DNA from: Chrysomallon squamiferum
Taxonomy: Eukaryota > Animalia > Mollusca
Direction: 5' to 3'
DNA: 64,000 nt
NCBI GenBank assembly: GCA_012295275.1
Contig: CM022676.1
Span: forward strand, 682,001-746,000
Each line of letters opens with the position of its first letter. Within the stretch, counting starts at the first letter, position 1. Shown here piece after piece: positions 13,900 to 26,800 of the stretch. The translations under genes and the position numbers were made by a program. The notes beneath the pieces were generated by a model. The model worked only from the letters and a program-made list of their open reading frames with translations. It was not told the origin of the DNA and made no database searches.

Positions 13900-16800
13900 T
13901 TAGTTGATCATTTCAAGCACAAGTTCATTGAGCTGTATGCTGCCATCTAGAGTCAGGGACAAGAAGCGCTCTGCAGCTTTTGCACTGACAGTGCGCAGTG
14001 CTGGTAACCGTAGCAACATCTTTCCATACTTGCGTGTGTCTGAAGGATAGTGGTGTTTCACGTACCTCTGCAGTGCATCGAGGAAGCGGGTCTGCATCTT
14101 AATAATTGTCAGTTTGTCTTTCAGTCCGATAGCATCTGCAAACAGAAAGTGTAATGTTTTATGTAACATTTTAACCATTTTACTGCATTCTTCCACAGTT
14201 AATGGAATTTACAGGATGAGGAAAAACCAGAAATAACTTCTGAACCAAATTTTAGTACACTCGGAAAGTAGTTTACCACACATACACATGTACATGAAAG
14301 AAGTCAAATAACAACACAGCCAGAGGCATTCTTGTTTTACAGGTGTCACATAATGATGTCAGTTTTGTCTAACTTTTTATAATAAATAATCAAATGTTCT
14401 TTCTATAATAAATATGTCACCTTTCAATTAAACTAAAAAGAAATAGTAAAAATAAAAACAATATAATTCCTCACATTAATATTTCCTGTTTTATTCTTTT
14501 CTTCTAATGCTGTCACCTGAATGAATCAATTTAAATCTGAAATCCTCCAGAGTCTTACAAAAGGAGAATATAGAATGAGTTCAGTTATTACCTGGATACG
14601 TGAGAACAATGGCGTTCATGATACAAAACTCTGTTCTGTCAATGTGGGCCTCGGCCAGACGAACTGCAAACTCCAAAGTGGCACCAATGAGTTCCCGTCC
14701 CCACCCCATAGACAGGGTGTAGTCAGCAGACAGAACAAGTCCCTCACAAAACTTCACAGTATCAGTCAAACCCATAGATCTGTGAATTATTAACTTGTAA
14801 GTAAAGTCATTTCACTGTTAACAAGACCAATCACACCCATAGACCTGTTAAAAACAAGCAGAATTAACAAGTAAAACCAAAATTACACTGTTTACAGTTT
14901 CCAAGTAAAACTGATTCTTTTCAAACTGTCTGCTTAATGACTTGTACATTTTTTTATATTTTCTTTCTCTGACTTGAGAAGAAAACTGCTGCTGCCACAT
15001 AAAAGATTATTTTACTGACACAAGACAAAGAACCAGTGACACACTTACAACACTGGTAACACAAACCTGTATGCCAGTCTAAACACATTCAGCTCCATGA
15101 ATGAAGACTTTAACAAAGCCATCTGGTCTGACATTTCCAAGTCACGGAATCCTGCAATTTTAAATACTATATATGTATACTGCATCATCAGATACTATTA
15201 GTAAGAAAGAAATGTCTTTACATGTATGTATATTTGTACATATGGGTATGTATAGTTCTAATGTATGTATACTTGCTATAACTTATAAAACAAATGAAAT
15301 ATTACTAGAACATATTGCACAATAAATAAATAGAAAATAGTTTTAACAATGTGTGTAACTGGCACATGAATATCTTGTGCACTTTAAAGTACTCTCGTTA
15401 TAGTAGCGACCAATCTTTCCTAACACTGAAGTATGACAATAAAATAAAGATTTGGCAATTTCATTTCTTCTTTTTCATTTTTCAAATTTTACTTTTAATA
15501 AAGAGAAATGTAAAATAATATATGATAGAAAACTATGATGGAAAAAAATAATATGTGATAAAAAGGTATGATGTTTATCAAATATAAATTGAAGATTTTT
15601 CTCACCTGGCACTTTCTTTGCCCACTCTATAATGTACTTGAGTTCCACATAAGCACACTGCATCAGATCATTAGCACTGATGTTGTTTGTACCAGAACTG
15701 CCTAAAATTAATAAATCTCATGTCAAAAAGAAACCATGCTGTATAAAGCACTCTTACATGTAACAGTTAAAAATCCCATGTCAGTACACGCAATGAATTT
15801 GTATTGACTGGAAAATTTCTGTCTCATACATTTCTAATCAGTTCAGTATATAAATAATACAGATCATTAAAATTGGCTTTCTGTTAAATAATGTGTATTT
15901 TATACTGAACTTTCACTTAAATTCATATAATTAACATAATTAACTACTACAATTTTATAAATTTTACACATAAATAAAAATGTCCGCACACACATAACGA
16001 ACAAGAAAGAAAACATACTCTCTCTCTCACTTTGACTGGTAATACTAGCTCTCTCTCTCTGCTGTATCTACCTTCAAATGCTGGAAACGTGTCTGGTCGA
16101 GCAGCTACCAGACTCTCAATGAGTGAGTCGTTGAAGTCTGTCTGACTGTCTGGAAATGCTGTCAGTGATGTTCCTGTTTCCTCCAGACGCTGTCGCTTCC
16201 TGTGTTTGCCTCCTGGTGACCTGTCCTCCCGTACAGCTGTCAACATAAGTTAAAACCTTACACGGTAACAACTTTTAACAAAATATCAGCCCCTAATGTT
16301 TCCCTTTTATATAGTAAAAATACATTTTATATATTTCAAAAACATGTTATTTCTATACTTGCCAAAAGTTCAATCTACTACCGATATAAATACAGTAAGA
16401 ACACAATCAGATTAAAATAGTCAGAGAAAGGATTAACATGTAATAAGAAAACAATACTTCAACAGTTTCGTAACTTGTGTTTCAAGTCAAACTGTGTGAA
16501 TTGCAGTGTTAGTGTTTTGTTTATTCTTTTGTTAACAGCACAATACCACAGCTAAACACAGACTTAGCCATGAATGAACTTCGTACAGTGGTAACCTTTC
16601 CACAAAGATATGTGTTAATAACATCATCACAAAATGACTAAAACCAAATGAAAGTACTTGAGGTAACACTGGTACAGGAAGATTCTGATTAACAGCACTA
16701 AGTGTTTTTAAAAGTGAAACATACCGTCTCGCTTCATGCCCATCCTGAGACACTTGTTGAAGCGACAGAACTGACAGCTGTTTCTCGTGTACTTGTTAAT

Positions 16801-18191
16801 CACGCAGTTCTGACTGTTCTTACACGTGTACGTCAGCTTCTTCTGCACAGTGCGTTTAAAGAAACCTTTGCATCCTTCACAGGAGAAGGCGGAGTAGTGG
16901 AAGCCACTGGCTCGGTCGGAACAGACAATGCAGCGAGGAAAGCCCTCATCATCCAGACTACACGTGATCCCTTCAGACTCTGCCATCTTTATCTGAATCA
17001 CCTCAAACTTGGAACTAGTGCTGGCTGGGGTTGAGCATGATGTCACAGTCTCTGGTGTAATGGAGTCATCAGTGACAAGGTCTTTGTTGCTGATAGTCAA
17101 TGTGTCACTGTCATTGCTGCCCTGAAATATCAGTTGACACTGTTGTGACAGTTTGGTGACACTAAGAAATAAACCTATTCTACAAACTTTCAGGGTTTTT
17201 TCCTCTATTTGCTATGTCATTCCATAGGATGCAGAAAGAATTTCACAAAAAACAGAAAAACCTGGCACCAAACCAGTTAAAATGGACAAATGAATTAGTG
17301 AAATAGACTTAGCTTTCTTACCTCAACTGTGTAACAAATATTGTTCACATACAAAAATAGTCTGTTACATATTATATGCAAAATACATCATCAAATAACA
17401 TTACAACATTACTAAAGAACAAATTTAGCTGTATTATGCATATACCTCATGTAATTTTACAAATAAGCTTCTTGCTATAAATGAAATTTAATGCATGCAC
17501 TTCTTGTAGAAAGAGCAAATATCTTCCCAAGTACAACTCAGAGTTCTTGCTAAACAAGTCTTATTATGTTTTTCTATATGCTGTTTTCACTCAAGAGGTT
17601 TTGCATTGTTTTGACTTTAACTACAAAACATATTCTAAAATACAGCTATTATCAGACAACTTGATTTATACAAGTATAACTTTGTTATGTCGTTATTAAC
17701 TGATAATTAACCACAACAATGAAGTATAAAACTGCCCAAATTTGCAATTTATAATTGACTGATATAAAAACAGTTTAGCTGTCTGCAGTGGGAAGTTACT
17801 GATATTTTAATGGCATCTGAACACAGCAAGTTCAGTAATGAATGTCAGTTCTAAAGTCCAGAGGCAACACTGGTTAGAATTAAAAGGAGGAAATTTGACT
17901 GGAATGAATCAAAGTTGAAAAGGATTCATTTTTTTTTTTCTTTCTCTTTGTCATTTCAAAACTGGAATTCTACTGACAGGTAACAAATTGTCCTCTTGTA
18001 ATAACGTAATTCAATTTATATTTTTTATGCTTTAATATTAATTTACACATTACCTGGTATGTAGAACTGTTGTTTGTTAAACTGACTGATGTCTGGGGGT
18101 CAGTCATATTTGACTCACTGTTGTCATTCATGATAAGTAATATTTTATCTTCATCTGCTGATGAAACATTCTCTTGGTCAGCTTCAGCCAT
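13900..18191 (-). CDS. Orphan nuclear receptor with C4 zinc-finger DBD and LBD, probably NR7/NR8 subfamily; 7 coding exons
   Basis: Exons (minus): 18191-18054, 17121-16725, 16236-16072, 15701-15606, 15151-15067, 14779-14592, 14135-13900 (TAA). DBD: [31 protein letters not shown]...[33 protein letters not shown] signature [36 protein letters not shown] and AF-2 LVLEM. Nuclear receptor identity is certain; the subfamily is inferred from memory of the CTE motif. Confidence 0.92.
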
Positions 18192-19329
18192 CTGAAGAAA
18201 AAGACAAAATTGAAAAGAATTAAAAATATCTATTTATTTAAAGGATGGATGAAAGTGAAATGACGTTGCCTTTTTAAATAATGTTTCTTCCAGCACATCT
18301 TGCTGATTCTGAGAAAACATCCACCACAGACACTCAGTTTGAATAAGATTTGTTTAACTACTACACATAAACAGCTTTGTAAAATGTTATATGAAATGTT
18401 AAGACTGACTTAAGGGGAAGTATTTTGTATTATATTAATATGTCTTCATTTTAATCAGTGCTGACATGTGTAATATAATACATACAAAGCATATATACAT
18501 GAGATAGTTCATATAGCTATTGGAAATTCAAAATTGCATGACCAATTTTGGCACAAGAAAATACTGCTATATTTTGGATCTAGTTATCATGATAAACTCC
18601 ATTGTTGAGAACATATCTAAACAATGATGGTATCACAACATACACGTATAAACACACACACACACACACACACACTAACGAACAAATAAAAAAAAAAAAA
18701 TTTTGTACAATAGTCCTAAAACTTATGTTACGAGTGTGTCAACATTTTACTTCAAATAAATGAAATATAATAATGCTTTACTTTCACATAACTTTACGAA
18801 CTGTACTTATAATACAATATTAAACTATTATACTGATAATTATTATGTATACAGTATAGCTTTCAAATTAATTCTTATATAATAATAATGTGATAGTCAC
18901 ATTTGACACAAGTGACAATTTATAATTGTAAAGTCATAAATCATCCTTAATTTTTATTATAACTCAACCGCTCTAGCCTAGAAAATAGTAAAATGATAAC
19001 CGTACGTTATAAATTTTAATTTTTATGATCAATAATTTAATACATTACATGATTATGAACTTATGGTTACCTTGATTTAATAATTAAACGATTCAAATTA
19101 TGGTTGAAATACACCAGTTTGATTTCCTTATTTACATTAATATGGAAGTAAACACATGCCGGATCTGGAGGGTATCTTTCATCTTTCTCTTTTTTCTTGT
19201 ATTTTTTGTTTTAGGTATTTTAAAATATTTTTTAATAGAAATATACGTAAATTTTATAACAATAATATATATCTCCTCTTTTCTAGACCAGAGATTTCAG
19301 AAGTTCCGCTTAATTTCAATAGCAGTAAA

Positions 19330-19575
19330 TTTTGCTCGATGGTAGACCAGTCGTAAATAGAAATCCCGCCATTAACGGTGTTTTTCGAGATTATAAAACG
19401 ACCTTCACATTACAGAGAGTGGCTCCATTCTTTTCCCAACCCAAAACTCTTTTCTGCGGCGGACACGCCCGCTGACCTGTCAGAAAGCGTGTCCGTCGCA
19501 GACGTGCTTCACAACAGCTTGCTCTGACTAGCACGTTAATTTTTTTCCTATTCCTGTTCCTACAGAGAGTGGGAG
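19330..19575 (-). promoter_or_regulatory. CpG-rich promoter / 5' end region of the nuclear receptor gene
   Basis: Local CpG/GC island in AT-rich DNA ~1.2 kb upstream of the ATG. YY1/E2F-like AATGGCGGGA on - (~19364-19373). The ATG at 18191 is directly preceded by an AG acceptor, which requires an upstream exon (candidate donor CAAG|GTAACC at ~19070). Confidence 0.55.
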
Positions 19576-22500
19576 GGATATTCGAAGGGGGGAATGAAAT
19601 TTCGAATGCTAGCGATGCTATGGAGAATATTATAAGTTTTATTATTATTATTTCTTCTTCTTCTTATTATTATTATATGTTATTTTCTTTTATTCGTATT
19701 TTTTTAAAATTATTTAATGTTTTACTTAAACATATGACTACTAGTACTACATAGTTTCTCACTTATCTGCTACTCATCCTACTTCATAATACTACTATTA
19801 CTAGTGTAGGAATTTTACATGGTTGTATCTGCTAGTGTATTTATACTAGTGTGTGAATTCTACACAGTTAATGCATTTTTTGGTTTGTATATGAATTGAT
19901 ACAAAGTATACCATTTGTGTTTGTAATATAATGATAGTTGCTGTTCATTTTTGATACTAGGCTTAATGATTAAAATAGTTTCTTAATATTTCATAATTTT
20001 AGGCAGCTTTTTGTTGTAGATAATAAAATCAAAATGTTTTTATTTTGAAACTGAAAACAACTATTTTATCTCTTGGCAGCTAACTGAGTTATTGTTTTTT
20101 TTCTTACTTGTTTTATTTTTAATTAAATTTTATTTTTTATTTTTTTTTTTTTTTTTTTTTTTTATACTTTCTGTTGTAAAAAAAATAAAAAGCCGTGAAT
20201 GACATGATTTCTGGTTTTAGATGTTATCAACAAATATGTAAAGTGCTAACTGGATTTGTTTTGTATTTTAGAAAAGAGGATATTATCCATTTTTGTGTAT
20301 TTTTTCTTTGGCTTTTACAGAAACTTATTGCATTTTTATAAATTATGCATCAAATTAAACATGAAAACAAATAATTTATATTTATTTGTTTCTATATGAC
20401 AGTAAACAACTAAAGAGAAAATAATTTCTTGATTGGATTGCACTCAAAAATTCATTTTCATTTATAACTGTTACACTGATTCATCTTCCTTGCTTTACAG
20501 ATATAAATTGTTTACAAATGCTCCACAACACTTTTATAAATGTGTTTAGAGTTTATAATATTTTCAGGACATACAAATATAAAAAAATAAAAAACAATAA
20601 TTCGTTCTTAATGTCAAGAGAATATTGAATCCAGTCTGAGAAGTGCGTGATCAACTAACAAAGTAAAAAAATCAATCAACAAAAAATGAAAATTGTAAAT
20701 TAAAAACCCTAAAAACCTTATTTCTTAAACAGTTTGAGTTGAGCATATGTCATTTAATTTTATTTGCCTGCTATTAAATTTCTTATTTTTTAATTTATTT
20801 GATTGTTTCTTCCTTGATTGAAGCTATGTCTGACAAAATTATTTAACGTCAAAAATTTATTCCAGTTTTTCTTTTTCCTAAGGTTTTAATAAATTGAATT
20901 CTGTCTGTTTATGTCATTCAAAGAGAAAAATAAATTGTGTGAGTAGTTGACATTGAAAACAAAAATTTCTGTCATAATTATTACATTCATTCATTGCTTT
21001 ATAAATATGTTTTTATTGTAAGTCTTATAACCTTTACAATACTGATGTGTGGTATGTATGCATGAAAAAAACAAAAACAGTGTAGAAATATAAACATTTT
21101 TGAAAACAAGGAAGTTAGAAACATTCTAGTAATAAAATAGAAATATTTAACAAAATAGGAAAACTAAATAAATTTTACATAGTTTTACTTTCAAAAAGAA
21201 ATATTTATAGTAATATTTTGTATTAAGTTGATGTATATAGCTTAATTAATTTTTATAGGATAAGCATTTGTAACTAGATGACAATATAATATTGTAATGT
21301 AATCACATTTATTTATAACTACCAATACACTTAGCAACTGAGGTTAACTTGAAACCTTTCATGTGAGCAGCAGCTATTTCCAGACAACATTGTCAGCATT
21401 CTGTTACCTGGACATCTTTGAATGGATGATTGCTGCTGTTACTGTGGGGTGAGGTTATTATGTGTGTGTAGTATTTATACATTTAAAGTATGTAACAGAT
21501 GGATGTATTCCAAAAACTAAATAATTAAAGTTTAGGATTTCACAAAAACAAAAATAAGATTATATATTTTTCTTGTTTCAGTTTTATTATTTTTGTATTG
21601 AAAGAAATTAATAAATTAAACTAAACTCATTAGGGACTAATTTGCAGTGTTGTTTTACTATAAAAATGTTCACAGGAATTTTTCCCTGCAAGATATTTGG
21701 CATGGTGAAAACTTTTCTACAAATTCACTTATAAGACAGTATAAAACAGTCCAACTAGGACACAATCACTGACCATAAAATGTCAAAAATCAAAAATTTC
21801 TTTCCAAATCTTTTCCTCTTTATTTTATATTGCTATTATTGTTGTTGTTGCTCTTATGACTATTGTAGTTGTTTTATTAATTGTTATCATTTTTTTTATT
21901 TTATTGTTGTTATCTGAGGTAAAAGATGATGAAACTGATTCACTGTTTAGTTAATAAAATAATAGTTAAAAATGATAATGTTGAATAATTCTAAACTACA
22001 AAATAACATGTTCATTTTACAGTTGTGTTATTAAACCATTGTGTGTGTGTTCTACATAAGATCAAAGAAAAGGAATATTGTAAAATAAATTTGGGACATG
22101 GCTTACAATAACCAAATATAACGTCAGACTGTGTTTGTCATGTAACAATTCAAGACCAATGTAGAGCAGATTTCTTTGTGCAGCCTAATATTACAGTTTT
22201 TAATAACTCAGTGCTGGGTACCGATGCATGTAGAAAGTCATGGTCATTGTTACAAAATATTTTTAATATGACATAATGTGATAAGTATATCAGTGTAGAC
22301 AGGCTTTAATAATACAACAGGGACAACAACAACTGTTACAGAAATGTCAGTTCAGAAACTGCTAGTTATGACAGGTTCAGTTTTCTCTGTGTTTTGTGTA
22401 TCTTTGAATGTGTGGGTGTGTTTTTTTGCATGTCGTTTCTGAATGTTTTATGTTTGTGTATGTGTGTATGAGGTTCATGTGTTTGTGTGTGTGTTTCTGT

Positions 22501-23510
22501 TTATGTTTGTCTTGTGTGCATTTCTTTCATGTTCTTGTTGTGTGTTTGTATTTTTTTTATAATTATTTATAGTTGAAAATATCCACAGACTGACAGTGCA
22601 TACCACAGATTCTAGTAGACAGACTTGCTGAATATGAAATATTGACCAGTGACAATTAATCATGTGATCAAACATACTCCAATCCCCAATTCCTCACCTG
22701 TACATTATAATCAGATTATTTAAATGTTATTCACAAACACACACGATTACATTTACTGACACACATACAAACACATACACACACATACATACCTACATAC
22801 AAACATACATAGTGTTTATGAAATAATTTACATTTCTCTTTTTAAAATTTATTTTACGATTAAAGCTTTTGTAATGAGAATGAACAGCAGGAAAGAAGAA
22901 CACCAGGTTACCAGGACAACAAGACTATCCCGATTCTCCATTGTAACAAGAGTTAGTGGAATTAGTAGTGTACCTCAAGGTTAGAAATAATTAAAATATA
23001 TAAAATATAAAACATTCTTTATTTTGTTTTATTTACAGGCTATACAATTATTTGTATTTAAAATATTAATTAAATAAATGATTTTGGAAACTATCACAAA
23101 ATAGCTAAATTATTAATATGACAAACATGGATGAATGCACACAGTCACACAACATTTACACATGCTCTGTTGCTATTGTAAAGTGAAATTCCTGTACATA
23201 TTTTTAAATATTGTGTATATTTTCACTGACTGTAAGAAAACAGCACTCTGATTCAGTGAGAAGGGTTCATCAACTCAAATGATTTTATAAAAACTGCAGA
23301 CTGTTCAGCTAGAAGTTGTATGATTTAGAAAAACTTTATCACAGTACAGCCAAGATGATGAACAAATGTCAGTCTTCATATTAAGTCTATTAAACGTTTT
23401 TACACCACACAGCAAACATCCACACATTCATACACATTGACATATACAGACACACATACCCAAACACACACACTAACAGACACACACACACTAAAGACAC
23501 ACTCAAGAGT

Positions 23511-23868
23511 TTATCTATAATCACGGTCTTCATCCACTGTGATTCGACTTCTTGGTGTTGTCCTTGCTGATGCTGACTGGGGAAAATCATCAAATGGAAC
23601 ATCGTCAGTCTGTTTCTTCCTGACTGCGCTGTGAGGTCTGCCCGACCGCTCCACGGGGATCTCGTACGTCACAGAGAGCTCCGCCCGCCGAGGCAGCGAC
23701 GACGTCAGCAGCGTGTCAGCGCGCAGGCGGTCAGGCAGGGGAGGTAATGCCTTTGGTCGATGTTCTGTCTTCTCTTCGTCTCGGTGTTTCCTTGACCTCT
23801 TTGACTTTCGTGGTTTGCTTGTTTTTGCTGGTGCCATGGATGCAATTAGAACTGGTTTCATTGACACA
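23511..23868 (-). CDS. Terminal exon encoding the basic/proline-rich cytoplasmic tail
   Basis: Acceptor at 23869-23870, in phase with exon 25829-25689; matches ORF 23511..23867 ending EDRDYR*. Confidence 0.75.
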
Positions 23869-26800
23869 CTGAAATATTAAACAACAATAAATTTATAATT
23901 ATGAATTTTTAAGAAGAAAATGGCAAATCTTCAATAATTTTTTATTTATTGATTTATTAAGTTAATGAAACACACATTGAGCTCTTCGTGTAATAATGAT
24001 AGGATATAGTAACAAGTTTTGTTGAATCACATCTTTAATGTCTACACATGACATGAATAACAAAGTAATAAAAATAACTTTCCAGATTTTGTATGTTTGT
24101 CTATAATCTGTGTATGTGTTTGTGTGTATGTGTGTATACATATAGAGACAGAGATACTATTTAATTACTTAATGTAATAATACTAATATATATGTTTGTG
24201 TATGTGAGTGTTTATAAATACATATACACTAAGAGAGAGGAGAGAGAAATATAAAATTTAAAACTTTTTTTTATATAAAAATACATTGTAAGAAATAATT
24301 AAAATTAACATCATCTAAATACATAAAAAACATGATTTAAAAAACAGATGAAGATGTGAGGAAATTTTAAATGTGAGACTGAATGATTTGCTATGTTCAG
24401 TGATGTAATTTTCTTAGGTGAATAATTAAACTAATGTAATTATTTCTGTACCAGTAAAGATGTGTCTGTTTAAATAATGGGAGCATTTCCCAAAGCTTAT
24501 ATAAATGTTACAATGGTGATAATAATAAAATAACAATAACAACAACAGAGCAATAATAATAATACCAATGCAAACAACAACACAGAAAATAAAAATATTA
24601 ATAAAATAATTATAATAATGATGATGGTAACAGCTTTAATTAATAAAAATAATAATGATTAAAAGCAATTAAAATAGTATTTAAAGTGAAAAAACACTAA
24701 GAAGAAGGCCAAAAAAAAAAAAAAAATGACTATGAGTGACAATTATGAAGATAATAACAGTAACAATAATGATAAAATAGGTATAAAGCTGTGAACAGTG
24801 ATGTGACGGAGTGTAAAGTATGACACAAGTTATCACCAGCTGCTCATTTCATCTAAATGTGTAATGGACAAACTGGTCCATAGCGGGGATCACATAAATG
24901 CCTGAAAAAGTTGAAGTCATATTTAAAAATAAAACTCCAAAGACTAACAACAGAAACAATTGTGTTTTTCATTCCTGTGGAATGTAGCTTATAATGTATA
25001 TCCATTACAAAAAATTTACAATTTTTTTATGAATGTAAGAATACTAATTATCATATACTTTTGTTATATTATTGTGATGCTTTTGTAAGAACAATTATCT
25101 ATTGTTATATTATTGTGATATCTTTGTAACAATTACATGTTGTTATTATATTATTGTGATATGTTTGTATGAACAATTACATATTGTTATTATATTATTG
25201 TGATACTTTTGTATGAACAAGTATGTATTGTTATCATATTTATAATGTGATACATTTGTTAAAAGAAATTGATATATATTGATATACTGATGTTTTTTGT
25301 ATGCTCACACATTGACTAAATGCATTACATATATAACACATTTAGTCAATATTGAGCTTCCAAGTGTTATAAATAAAAGTTATCTTCTTCTTGTTATTGT
25401 CTTTCCCTGTTGACATAGAAAAACTATATCTTAACCTTTCACATCTGTTATTTTTCCTCGTACAGAGTAATATATAAAATAAATTTCTAAGGATAATTAC
25501 ATCAACTTTCCACTTCATAAAATTCTTGTCTGATCTGAAACTTGGATTAATATGAGAAAAACTGATGGTAGTATGTACTAGCATATCAATTTTATATAAA
25601 TAATTAATAAATAAATAAATAATTTTATTCAAGTAAACGTATGTTTATTTATTTATTTATTTATGAAATAATTTTAACAAGGACTCACGTTCCATTGAGT
25701 TTCTCCTCAAACAGTGGTACATGAACTGCTATTTTCTTGTCTGGCTCTACAAGCTGCTGCTTCTCCATTTTCTTGGCTCGATACTCGCTGAGTTTGTAAC
25801 TGACAAATTTCAGATTAGTTTCACCATACCTGAACAAAGAACAACAGCACTGTTATTTAACTTGTATTATGTTTTTCTTTTACAGAAAGGCCAATCTGAC
25901 CTTGATGAAAAACTATTTTTGATATGTTATTGCTCTGTTGAATTAATAATACCAATATAATGTCTGTATAGGTACGTTTGCCTTTCAACAGAGCATTATA
26001 TCTGTCAACACAGTTTACATTTATCTGTCAACATAATTTATTACCTGTCAACATTGTTTTACAATCACCTGTCAACAATGAATTACATTTACCTGTCAAC
26101 ACAGTTATATTTATCTCTCAACACAGTTACATGTATCTGTCCACTCTGAATTATATCTTTATGCATCAACACAGTTATATTTATCTGTCAACACTGTGTT
26201 ATATTTACGCATCAACACTGTGTTATATTTACCTGTCAACACTGAATTATATTTACCATCAACACTGTGTTATATTTACCTGTCAACACTGTGTTATATT
26301 TACCTGTCAACACTGTGTTACATTTACCTGTTAGTGTTGAGTTACATTTATGTGTCTGCACTGTTACATTTACCTGTCAACATAGTGCCACTTTTCCTCA
26401 TACTCTGGTCCCACCTTCACAATCAAGCATGGACCTGTTAAGAAGGAAATAAAAATTAAAATCCACTGACAACAGTTTTCATGTACAAGGACTGATCAGT
26501 AGCCTGCTTAATTAATTTGAAATATAAATCATAAATGTCTGACTTTTAGTTTTCAGCTTTACAGCAGACCTATGTAAACAGTAAGAGAGAGAGAGAGAGA
26601 GAGAGAGAAAAAAAAGAAAAGCTTATCTACCTCTGCATATTTATTACTGTTATTTTCAGTTATGTTTTCTATGTTTACTTTCAGTATTTTTAGTTTTGTT
26701 ATTTGTGTGGGGTTTTTTCAGTATTTTTAGATTTTTTAATGTTTATTTTCTGTATTTTTAGCTATGTTTGTTTTTGTTTGTCCCAGTATTTTCAGTTTTG

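Noticed and set aside
19430-19500. Telomerase RNA (CCCAACCCAA template-like stretch and CGCTGAC..TCAG resembling the vertebrate pseudoknot)
   Set aside because: No template matching TTAGGG, no recognisable pseudoknot partner or H/ACA domain; the resemblance is too short.
19600-23500. Additional gene between the nuclear receptor promoter and the Uif-like stop codon
   Set aside because: Very AT-rich, with no coherent exon chain; likely 3' UTR and intergenic DNA.
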